DNA of 51,125 bases, taken from the NCBI GenBank assembly GCA_020722095.1, contig DYLM01000006.1:1-51125 (forward strand). The letters are read 5' to 3'. The position numbers and the translations under genes are program-made. Source of the DNA: Chloroherpeton thalassium (lineage in GTDB: Bacteria; Bacteroidota; Ignavibacteria; Kapaibacteriales; UBA2268). The notes under the pieces were generated by a model that made no database searches, had not been told where the DNA came from, and was given only the letters and a program-made list of their open reading frames with translations. Below are positions 10,611 through 19,114 of the stretch, one piece after another (within the stretch, counting starts at the first letter, position 1; every line of letters begins with the position of its first letter).

Positions 10611-10769
10611 TAACCTTATTTAATTTAAAAAGCAGGAAATAAGGTTTTTATGTTTAGTTTGGTTCATTTCTTTTTACTAAGGTTATTAGGTTAAATAAGG
10701 TTTTAAAATGTTTTTATTTAATATTTTTCTTTAATATTTTCCACAAAAAAAACAACTTATGTGATAGCC
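10611..10769. repeat. ~160-bp dispersed element, inverted copy of 43395-43558
   Basis: Aligns by eye with the reverse complement of 43395-43558 (e.g. aggaaataaggtt, gtttggttcattt, tactaaggttattaggtt.aataaggtttt) and ends in acttatgtgatagcc. Confidence 0.85.
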
Positions 10770-10861
10770 AATAAGAAATATTAATCATTGATTTATCATA
10801 ATCTTTGCTTTATTTTTACTATTTTTGTAATTAATTCAATATTTATTTTAGTGAATCGTAT

Positions 10862-10885
10862 AAATACCACAACAAGGTAGTATAT
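10862..10885. promoter_or_regulatory. Putative Rrf2 operator upstream of the Rrf2 gene
   Basis: aaataccac-aacaag-gtagtatat, 21/24 identical to the perfect palindrome at 11331-11354; ends 2 bp before the ATG. Confidence 0.7.
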
Positions 10886-10887
10886 TA

Positions 10888-11316
10888 ATGAATTTATCAA
10901 ACACAGCAGAATACGCAATTAGAATTTTAACATTTATGGCGGTCAAAAAACTCGATATTTATACTGCTAAATACCTTATTGAACAGCTTAATATCTCGGA
11001 TAAGTACCTAAGAAGAATAATGACAAACCTTACAAAAGTCGGCTTAATTCGTAGTATTCAGGGGCGTGATGGTGGCTATGTTTTTAATGATAACCCCGAA
11101 AACATTAATTTAATGCAGATAATTGATGCAGTTGATGATATGGACAAATATATGGGTTGTGTTTTGGGATTTAAAGAATGTTCAGATTCAAATCCTTGCG
11201 TTTTACATTCGCAATGGGCAATAATAAGAAATCAAATATTCGATTTATTTAAAAAGACAAATTTATTAGAAGTGTCCGAAGATATGTTTTTAAAATTAGA
11301 GAAAATTAAATTTTAA
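10888..11316 (+). CDS. Rrf2-family transcriptional regulator with three Cys (NsrR-like role likely)
   Basis: EYAIRIL, YLRRIM..L...GLI.S.QGRDGGY winged HTH; CVLGFKECSDSNPCVLH Fe-S ligand set. Confidence 0.92.
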   Translation: MNLSNTAEYAIRILTFMAVKKLDIYTAKYLIEQLNISDKYLRRIMTNLTKVGLIRSIQGRDGGYVFNDNPENINLMQIIDAVDDMDKYMGCVLGFKECSDSNPCVLHSQWAIIRNQIFDLFKKTNLLEVSEDMFLKLEKIKF

Positions 11317-11330
11317 ATTTTTTTACAATA

Positions 11331-11354
11331 AAATACTACAACAAAGTAGTATTT
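11331..11354. promoter_or_regulatory. Putative Rrf2 operator upstream of qNOR
   Basis: Perfect 9-6-9 palindrome aaatactac-aacaaa-gtagtattt, 24 bp before the ATG; aaggag RBS follows. Confidence 0.75.
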
Positions 11355-11378
11355 AAATTAAATAAAAAAGGAGTATTT

Positions 11379-13598
11379 ATGAACAAAAGTTTACTCGACA
11401 AATTTATGAGCCATAAAGGCTTATACACAAGTTTCTGGATAATTGCATTGTTTATGGTGACGATGCTAATTTATTACACAGCAAACTTACAGAAAGAAGT
11501 TCCTCCAATTCCTAAAACTGTAACTTCAGTTAGCGGAGAAGTACTTTACACTTACGATGACGTAGTAGCAGGAAAAGGTTATTTCCAACAATTCGACCTT
11601 ATGGATTGGGGTACATTGCTTGGAATGGGAGCATATATGGGACCTGACTTTTCTACTGACTTTATGCACCACAGAACAGAATTTTTGTATGATTTTTATG
11701 CAAATGAATTATATGGAAAGACAAATAATGGTTTAACAAAAGTTGAACGCGCTGCAGTTAAAGAAAGAGTTAAGCAAGACATTAAGCAACAAACTAAATT
11801 ACTCGAAGAAACTACTACTTATACTGATGCATCTGCAGTTGCTTACCACAGAAATGTAGAGTACTTGGTTAAATTATTGGTAGAAGGCGACCCAAGTCGT
11901 GCTTTCCCAGGTGGAGTTATCCACCCAGATGAAGCTGAAAAGATCGCTTCATTTGTGGATTGGTCTCAATTAGTGGCTTCCTCACTTAGACCGGGAACAA
12001 ATAGAACTTGGTCGAATAACTGGCCCCCAGAACCTCTTTTAGACCAAGATGTTAGGTTTAATTCTCATAAAATTTCACTTTGGGAGTTTTTAATCCTTTG
12101 GACATTAACAATTTTTGTTATATTCCTTTCTTATGAATATTTATTAAAGAAAGATGACCCAAGTGAACTTCAACCTGCCATTAAAATTACAAGCTTATTC
12201 AAATCGCAAGCTAAATTACTGAAATATATTCCAATTGTAGCTGCACTATTTGTTGTTCAATTGATTATTGGTGGATATTTGGCTCACCTTTACACAGAAC
12301 CAACAAAAGATTTCTTGCTTTCGCAGAACTTATTACCATTTAACGTTTTAAGATCATTGCACACTCAAATCGCAATTTTATGGGTTGCAGTGGGTTGGTT
12401 AGTTGGTGGTTTATTGATTGCTCCTTGGGTAGCTAATAAAGACCACAAATACCCATGGCTTGTGGATGTATTGTGGGCAGCATTAGTTGTTGTAGCAGTT
12501 GGTAGTGTTATTGGTTTATATATGGGAGCAACTGGACAATTACGTGAAACTTGGTTCTGGTTGGGTAACGAAGGACGTGAATTAGTTAATTTAGGTAGAA
12601 TTTGGGATATTGGACTTGTCATCGGGCTTGTTTTCTGGTTCTTACTGATTATTTCCTTAATCAGAAAAGCTGCAACAAATAACCCAATTGTATCCACAAT
12701 TATTTGGTCTGCTTTTGCTATTGCAACTTTATACATTGCTGGTATGATGCCAATTCATAAAATTATGCCAAACTTTACAGTTGATGATTACTATCGTTGG
12801 TGGGTAATTCACTTATGGGTAGAATTAACATTCGAACTATTTGCAGCTGGCGTGATTGCATTCTTTACAGTATCGTTAGGATTAATTTCGCAAAAAACTG
12901 CAGTAAAAGTTATGCTTTTCGAATTATTCTTAATTATGTTGAGCGGAACTCTTGGAGTAGGGCACCATTACTGGTGGCAAGGTTTAGATGAATATTGGAT
13001 TGCTATTGGTGGAATTTTCTCTGCATTAGAACCACTTCCATTGGCATTAATGATTGTAGAAGCATGGAAAAACCATCGAGAAAAAGTACATAGTGGCGAC
13101 AATAACGAATTTGGTGTGCCATTTATGTGGATTGCAGGTTCTGCAGCTTTGAATTGGATAGGTGCAGGTTTCTTTGGTATGTTAATCAACACACCAACAA
13201 TTAGCTATTATTCACACGGAACATATTTGATTATGCCTCACGGACACGTTGCATTGTTAGGTGCATTTGGCTATATCTCAATTGCTTTCTTGTATATGAC
13301 TTCACGGGCAAACTCATTAGCTAAAGGCTTAGAATGGAACGCGAAACTTAGTAAGTATGGCTTTTGGTTATTAACAATTGGTGCTTTGTTATTTACAATT
13401 CCAACATATATTATTGGTATTGAACAAACAAGAATCGCACACGACTTGGGATATTATTACACTCGTTTAAGAGGTGCAGTTCAACCAATGTCGGGCTGGA
13501 TGTGGTTTAGAATATTACCTGACACATTGATGATTCTTGGTGGTATAGTTGTTCTTTACGATTTAGTACAAAAAACATTCTTAGCTAAAAAGAAATAA
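11379..13598 (+). CDS. Quinol-dependent nitric oxide reductase (qNOR), heme-copper oxidase superfamily
   Basis: PPIP..V, G.GAY.GPD, NNWP.EP, RSLH, WWVIHLWVE, GVGHHYWW, SALEPLP, HGHVALLG, RILPD; single 739-aa subunit without CxxCH. Confidence 0.88.
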   Translation: MNKSLLDKFMSHKGLYTSFWIIALFMVTMLIYYTANLQKEVPPIPKTVTSVSGEVLYTYDDVVAGKGYFQQFDLMDWGTLLGMGAYMGPDFSTDFMHHRTEFLYDFYANELYGKTNNGLTKVERAAVKERVKQDIKQQTKLLEETTTYTDASAVAYHRNVEYLVKLLVEGDPSRAFPGGVIHPDEAEKIASFVDWSQLVASSLRPGTNRTWSNNWPPEPLLDQDVRFNSHKISLWEFLILWTLTIFVIFLSYEYLLKKDDPSELQPAIKITSLFKSQAKLLKYIPIVAALFVVQLIIGGYLAHLYTEPTKDFLLSQNLLPFNVLRSLHTQIAILWVAVGWLVGGLLIAPWVANKDHKYPWLVDVLWAALVVVAVGSVIGLYMGATGQLRETWFWLGNEGRELVNLGRIWDIGLVIGLVFWFLLIISLIRKAATNNPIVSTIIWSAFAIATLYIAGMMPIHKIMPNFTVDDYYRWWVIHLWVELTFELFAAGVIAFFTVSLGLISQKTAVKVMLFELFLIMLSGTLGVGHHYWWQGLDEYWIAIGGIFSALEPLPLALMIVEAWKNHREKVHSGDNNEFGVPFMWIAGSAALNWIGAGFFGMLINTPTISYYSHGTYLIMPHGHVALLGAFGYISIAFLYMTSRANSLAKGLEWNAKLSKYGFWLLTIGALLFTIPTYIIGIEQTRIAHDLGYYYTRLRGAVQPMSGWMWFRILPDTLMILGGIVVLYDLVQKTFLAKKK

Positions 13599-13673
13599 TG
13601 TTTGAATAAAATTTATAAATTGCAGATTAGCAATTAAAATAAATTTTCGTTCTTAAACTTATATCAATTTTGG

Positions 13674-13806
13674 AGAGGCTGTCTCATAAGTCAGTTTTGC
13701 TGTCATTCCCACGAAAGTGGGAATCCATAAATCCTCTATAGTAGTTGATTCCCGTTTGCACGGGAATGACAATTTTGAAATATTTTGGACTTATGAGACA
13801 GCCTCT
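13674..13806. mobile_element. 133-bp MITE/REP-like element: 19-bp terminal inverted repeats enclosing two inverted dRS3-like palindromes
   Basis: agaggctgtctcataagtc (13674-13692) / gacttatgagacagcctct (13788-13806) perfect IR; inner gtcattcccacgaaagtgggaatc (13702-13725) and gattcccgtttgcacgggaatgac (13747-13770). Confidence 0.8.
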
Positions 13807-13916
13807 TCAAATTATTTTAGAATTAATAAAGTCTATAACAAATAAAATTTTCAATATTCAAATTTTGTTTTTAGATTTTATTAATCCTATAAATAAAAAA
13901 TAAAAGAGATTTTTTT

Positions 13917-15815
13917 ATGAAAAATATATATAAAGTAAACGAAGAATGTGTAGCTTGTAGAGCATGCGTAGAAGTCGCTCCCAATAATTTTGACATTGCT
14001 GATAATGGATTGGCTTTTGTTTACAAGCAACCAGAAAATGCCCAAGAAATCGCAAATTCAAACGAAGCAATGGAAGTATGTCCAGTTAGTGCAATTAGCA
14101 AAAAAGTTGTTGATAATTTATTAGAAAATATCAACTCTCCTATTTTTGCAAATTCAAATATCAAAGAAACCTTGGATAAACATCCAGAACTTAAGTCAGT
14201 TTTGGTAAATTATTCAGATAAGTTCAAAAAATTACTAAATCCAGTAATGTATAATACAGTTGCAAAATTTGCAACTTTCAATGATGCCGCAAGAGTTACT
14301 AAACTTTCGATTTGTGAAATTTTACATACTTTGAATGATTATTTGGGAACTACACAGGAATTATTACGCATCGCTCCTGATTGTATCCGTAGCAATCAAA
14401 TTGAAATACTTGTTGGCGAAACAATTAGTTGGGCAGAATCTCACGAAAGATATATTTACAATATCAACACAATGTCCGAAATTATACAAAAAATAACCGA
14501 ATTAAAGCCTCAAGAAAACATTGTATTAATTTCCACAGAATCGCCAGACGAAATAATCAACATCTGCAAAGGCTTAAATTTCAAATTCAATATTGAAAAT
14601 AATAGAGAATATCGAGTTAGTATATTCAATCCAAATAACGATAATGTATCTGATGATTGGCAAAGCAGAATGGAAGATTTTGAAGTATTAGACGTTCGGA
14701 CAATGAAAACAGATCCTTTCGACATCATAATTCAAAAGGCTTACCAATTGCAAGAAGGACAAGGCTTTAAACTAATTCAACGCTTTGAGCCAATCCCGAT
14801 TATGAATATGCTATCAGAAATGGGCTATGAATACGTATCAAAGAAAGTTGCTCAAAATGAATATCACGTTTATTTCCATAAAATTCCAGTCATTGAAGAT
14901 TCAATTGAGATATCAAACAAAACTGAACTTGTTATACAATCGGCAACTCCCGTTGCCTATCCTGTTATTATGCGATTACTTCAATCAGAAATTATTCGGA
15001 AATCAGTTAAAATAAAAGAATTAAAAGTTTGGGAAGAAACCGAAAAACACTTAGCTTGGATAAACAATGGAAAAGCAGATATTAGTTTTTCGGCATTAAT
15101 TACATCTGTAAAATTACAAAAAATCGACATAAAAATTCCTGCAATTTTTGTTTGGGATAATTTTGTTTTACTAACACGATATCCAATAAAAAGTTTAGAG
15201 GATATAAAAGGCAAAGTCATTCATACTCCTTTGTTCGAAGAAGCTCCACCTACAAAAATAACAAAGTATTTGATTAAAGCATTAGGAATGAATCCCGATG
15301 AATTTACATTTTCATACGGGAAACCTTTTGGAAGACCTGATGAAATTTTCAATGAATTTGTCACTGGTAAAGCAGATACAGTTATTCTTAGGGAGCCCGA
15401 AGCAAGTTATGCAATTAAATCACTTCGCGACAGAAAACTTCCTTTTTCCGCAATAAATTACAATGAGATTTGGAACGAAGTAAATCCTGGCTTCGGTAGT
15501 TTCCCAAATGCAGGTATTGTATTCAAAGGTGAATTTGTTCGTCAGAATCCCGAATTAGCAAGAGTATTTTTAGATGAATTAAAGAAAGCAATAGGATGGG
15601 TGAATACTAATAAAGATGAGTCTGCAAATCTTTCCTTTGATATGATGCGTCAAACCCCAGATAAAGTTCGCTTATTCTTGGATAGAGTTAATTTTACATA
15701 TTCCGAGGGAGCAGAATTAGTCGAAAAAGTGAAATCTTACTTTGAGGTTCTAACAGCACAAAATATTATTGATACAAAAATTGAAGATTCATTTTATAAT
15801 ATTTTTGAGTTATAA
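13917..15815 (+). CDS. Multidomain protein: monocluster ferredoxin + DUF1858-like + two DUF2249-like domains + NMT1/SsuA-type solute-binding domain
   Basis: CVACRAC...CPVSAI; IKETLDKHPELKSVL....KFKKLLNP; LDVRTMKTDPF..I..KAYQLQEGQGFKLIQRFEPIP; C-terminal GKADISF, GKADTVILREP, FVRQNPELARVFLDELKKAIGW; no signal peptide. Confidence 0.75.
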   Translation: MKNIYKVNEECVACRACVEVAPNNFDIADNGLAFVYKQPENAQEIANSNEAMEVCPVSAISKKVVDNLLENINSPIFANSNIKETLDKHPELKSVLVNYSDKFKKLLNPVMYNTVAKFATFNDAARVTKLSICEILHTLNDYLGTTQELLRIAPDCIRSNQIEILVGETISWAESHERYIYNINTMSEIIQKITELKPQENIVLISTESPDEIINICKGLNFKFNIENNREYRVSIFNPNNDNVSDDWQSRMEDFEVLDVRTMKTDPFDIIIQKAYQLQEGQGFKLIQRFEPIPIMNMLSEMGYEYVSKKVAQNEYHVYFHKIPVIEDSIEISNKTELVIQSATPVAYPVIMRLLQSEIIRKSVKIKELKVWEETEKHLAWINNGKADISFSALITSVKLQKIDIKIPAIFVWDNFVLLTRYPIKSLEDIKGKVIHTPLFEEAPPTKITKYLIKALGMNPDEFTFSYGKPFGRPDEIFNEFVTGKADTVILREPEASYAIKSLRDRKLPFSAINYNEIWNEVNPGFGSFPNAGIVFKGEFVRQNPELARVFLDELKKAIGWVNTNKDESANLSFDMMRQTPDKVRLFLDRVNFTYSEGAELVEKVKSYFEVLTAQNIIDTKIEDSFYNIFEL

Positions 15816-15829
15816 ACAGATAATTACCT

Positions 15830-17344
15830 ATGTTAAAATTCCTTCGCAAATACCATAAATGGTTAAGTATTATTATTTCTTTTTTTGTAATTTTATTTGT
15901 AATTTCTGGAATAGTATTAAATCACCGTCAAACATTCTCATTTTGGGATATTAACCGCAATTTGCTCCCAAAAGATTATCGTTATAAAAATTGGAACAAT
16001 GCTTCGGTTAAATCCACTCTTAAATTATCTAATGATAGCATATTAATTTATGGAAATATTGGAATTTGGCTTACTGATTCAACCTTTTCCAAGTTTATTG
16101 ATTTCAATAAAGGTTTCAGAAATGGAATTGACAATAGAAAAATTTGTACAATGACTTTAACGAGCAAAAACCGTGTATTGGCAGGGACATTCTTTGGATT
16201 GTTTGAATTTATTCGCTATAAGCAAAAATGGACGAAAATCGACCTACCTACCAAAGAAAGCCGTGTAGTTGATTTGCTTAATATACAAGATACTACTTAT
16301 GTGATGACTCGATCTTTCTTGTTCCGAACAACTGACTTTGTGAAATTTGAAAAAGTTAATATCCCACCTCCAGTCAATTATGATAATAAAATTGGATTAT
16401 TCAAAACATTCTGGGTTATTCATAGCGGCGAAATTTATGGTTTGCCGGGTAAATTGATAGTTGATGCAGCAGGCTTGATATTTGCATTTCTAACGATAAC
16501 GGGAATAATTCTATTTATCAATAAATACTTAATCAAAAAGAAGGATTTAGTAGAAGAGAAAAAAAAGAAAATCGTAAAATCTTCCAAATGGCATTTAAAA
16601 TGGCATAATAAAATTGGCTGGATTACAGTTGCTTTGCTTATTATCAATACTTTTACGGGAATGTTCCTGCGTCCTCCGTTCTTGATTACCATTGCAAATT
16701 CGCGAGTAAATAAAATTCCATTTACCGAACTTGCTACCTCAAATCCATATTTTGATGCGTTAAGGCAAATTTCTTATGATGAAGGAAATAATGTCTTTCT
16801 TCTGGCAACAAATGACGGAATATTTTATTCTGATGATAATTTCCAAACTCCACTAAAAACATTTGCAAATCAGCCACCTATCAGTGTGATGGGAATAAAT
16901 GTGTTCAAACGAATCACAACCAATTTGTATTTGGTTGGCTCATTCGAAGGTTTGTATTTGTGGAATTATACAACAGGCGAAGTTTATGATTATATCCGCA
17001 ACGAAGTAGCAGTTAAGAAAACCGATAATGGCAGACCGATTGGGGAGTTTATGATAGGTGGTTTTACAGATGATTTTTTAAATCAAGAGATTGCTTTCGA
17101 GTATAATCAAGGCGCAGGAAATCTTACTTCTGACATACCTTTCCCAGAAATGCCAAAGGAAATAATTGAGAAATCGCCAATGTCAATGTGGAATTTTGCA
17201 TTAGAAGTGCATACAGGAAGAATATTCGAACCATTAATTGGTGATTTCTACATTTTAGTAGTACCAATCGTAGGAATATTTGTTTTATTCATTTTGATTT
17301 CAGGCTTTGTTGTGTGGTTTGTGCAATTCAGAAGAAAGCATTAG
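15830..17344 (+). CDS. PepSY-associated TM helix domain protein (putative iron-regulated membrane reductase)
   Basis: RKYHKWLS...SGIVLNH, IHSGEIYG, KWHNKIG...TGMFL, EVHTGRIF; four TM helices with two large periplasmic domains. Confidence 0.82.
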   Translation: MLKFLRKYHKWLSIIISFFVILFVISGIVLNHRQTFSFWDINRNLLPKDYRYKNWNNASVKSTLKLSNDSILIYGNIGIWLTDSTFSKFIDFNKGFRNGIDNRKICTMTLTSKNRVLAGTFFGLFEFIRYKQKWTKIDLPTKESRVVDLLNIQDTTYVMTRSFLFRTTDFVKFEKVNIPPPVNYDNKIGLFKTFWVIHSGEIYGLPGKLIVDAAGLIFAFLTITGIILFINKYLIKKKDLVEEKKKKIVKSSKWHLKWHNKIGWITVALLIINTFTGMFLRPPFLITIANSRVNKIPFTELATSNPYFDALRQISYDEGNNVFLLATNDGIFYSDDNFQTPLKTFANQPPISVMGINVFKRITTNLYLVGSFEGLYLWNYTTGEVYDYIRNEVAVKKTDNGRPIGEFMIGGFTDDFLNQEIAFEYNQGAGNLTSDIPFPEMPKEIIEKSPMSMWNFALEVHTGRIFEPLIGDFYILVVPIVGIFVLFILISGFVVWFVQFRRKH

Positions 17345-19068
17345 GAAGATTCGTACATTTTCTTTATAATCTCAAAAAGTTTCTTGTTTTTTGATCCATA
17401 TTTTGCAATTGCTCGGAAAACGATGGAGCCTTCCTGATACATTTTTGCATATATTTTATGTTGTAATAACTTTTGAAATTCATCAAATTTGACTACAACT
17501 TTAGGATTATTAATGGGCAATGAAATGCTTTGAATATTCTTTTCTATTTGATAAGCAGCTTTTTCTGAACTTTCTTGGTCATTTGATATTTGCGTTCTCT
17601 CTCCTTCATTTTTTATGTTTGTTTTGAGAAATTTAAGTCTATTTTTTGTTCTTGTTACTGCCACATAAAGAATGTTTATCTCTTCGTTAATTTTAGCAAA
17701 ATTTACATTTTTTCTCTTATGAATGTCTTTTACATCGCTTTCTTTTATGAAATCATTTGCAAGTTCAACTGAATCATATTCCATACCTTTTGCCTTATGA
17801 AGTGTAGTAAATATCATAGAAGCATTATTTTTATGAGAAATGTCGGGAATACTTTTCTTTTTTAAAAAAGCAAGGATTTTATTTAAATGTTTTCCATATT
17901 TCTTAACCAAATCTGTAAAATTTGATAAATTTGTGTCGCTTGCCTTTTTATTATAATTTGCCAACTCACCGAAAGTACCAAAATTTCTTATAAAATTAGA
18001 TTTTATCAAATATCTTTTATCTGCATAAAGATTTTGAATATCATTAAGCAGGCTGTTCTCTTCCAGAAAGAAAGCATTACTATTGCCACCTTCAAAGAAA
18101 ATTCTAGTATCTTTTGAACTTTTTCTGGCAAATTCTAATGCATTATCAATCATTTCTAGATTTGTTCTTGCTATCAAAGCTTTTACTTTTGTAGATTTTG
18201 AATTTCCACTTCCAATTACAGATATTTTGTAATCGTTATTTATATACTTCTTCCAATTGATAATTCGTACCGCCAAATCCGCAATATCCTGATTAAACCT
18301 AAAACTTTGAGTTAAATAAAATTGTTGGAAATCAATATTCTGGAGCATATTTACTGCATATCTCCAACTATAAATTTGTTGATTAACATCTCCAGTAATT
18401 ATTTTGGTTGCTTTTTGATTATTGACAATATCCCAAATTACAGGCGATGCGTCCTGACCTTCGTCAAAACAAATAAAGTCATAATTTAGTTTTGGTTTAT
18501 GTAATTGATATTGTTTTAAATAAAAATCGTGAGTTATTTGAATTCCACCATCTTTCATTAATTGAAAAAATAAATCTGCTAAGTAATAAATATAATCGTA
18601 ATATTCATTTACAAAATTTAACGACTCATTTTCAAATATTATCTTTATTAGGTCTAAATCTTCAATCTTTTCTACATTGCTATTATAAAAATAATCTATT
18701 AGCTTTAATGTATAATGAGCAATTAGATATTTATCAATAACTTTATTTTTATTGCTTTCAATATTTAACAATTTTGGTAATTCATAAGGAGAATATGACT
18801 TTAATGTAGTATTGTAAATATTCTGACTATGATATGCTAACGAATGAGCAGTATGAACATCAACATTAGTTATGCCCTGCTTAATTAATTTGGCTTTGGC
18901 TTCTTCCTTTACAGATTTATTGTAAGCTAAATATAGTATTTTGCTTGATTTTGAGTGAGTTTTAATATATTCTAAGATAGTTGTTGTTTTTCCAGAACCA
19001 GCAACAGCATTAACTTTAATATTCCCTGAGGAATTTATGATATGCAGTTGCTCGTCTGTTAAGTTCAT
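17341..19068 (-). CDS. UvrD/Rep-like SF1 helicase (start probably ATG at 19068)
   Basis: LTDEQ, AVAGSGKTT, DEGQD, GD..QQIY.WR.A, LTQSFRF, TLHKAKGMEYD, LYVAVTR. Confidence 0.93.
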   Translation of the reverse strand: MNLTDEQLHIINSSGNIKVNAVAGSGKTTTILEYIKTHSKSSKILYLAYNKSVKEEAKAKLIKQGITNVDVHTAHSLAYHSQNIYNTTLKSYSPYELPKLLNIESNKNKVIDKYLIAHYTLKLIDYFYNSNVEKIEDLDLIKIIFENESLNFVNEYYDYIYYLADLFFQLMKDGGIQITHDFYLKQYQLHKPKLNYDFICFDEGQDASPVIWDIVNNQKATKIITGDVNQQIYSWRYAVNMLQNIDFQQFYLTQSFRFNQDIADLAVRIINWKKYINNDYKISVIGSGNSKSTKVKALIARTNLEMIDNALEFARKSSKDTRIFFEGGNSNAFFLEENSLLNDIQNLYADKRYLIKSNFIRNFGTFGELANYNKKASDTNLSNFTDLVKKYGKHLNKILAFLKKKSIPDISHKNNASMIFTTLHKAKGMEYDSVELANDFIKESDVKDIHKRKNVNFAKINEEINILYVAVTRTKNRLKFLKTNIKNEGERTQISNDQESSEKAAYQIEKNIQSISLPINNPKVVVKFDEFQKLLQHKIYAKMYQEGSIVFRAIAKYGSKNKKLFEIIKKMYESS

Positions 19069-19114
19069 CGAATTATTTAAATTTGAAAAATTCAAAATTA
19101 TAAATAATTTCTCT

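Noticed and set aside
10547-10706. Repeated aaccttatt motifs as a CRISPR array
   Set aside because: Units are only 9-10 bp, irregularly spaced and in both orientations, with no cas genes; better explained as part of a dispersed element.
11379-13598. NO dismutase or cbb3 oxidase call
   Set aside because: The His pair, distal Glu and quinol-site residues typical of qNOR are retained, and there are no cytochrome c subunits.
13917-15815. ABC transporter substrate-binding subunit
   Set aside because: No signal peptide or lipobox, and no permease or ATPase genes nearby.
17341-19068. Helicase as part of an anti-phage system (e.g. Gabija B)
   Set aside because: No partner nuclease/ATPase gene adjacent and no defence-island context.
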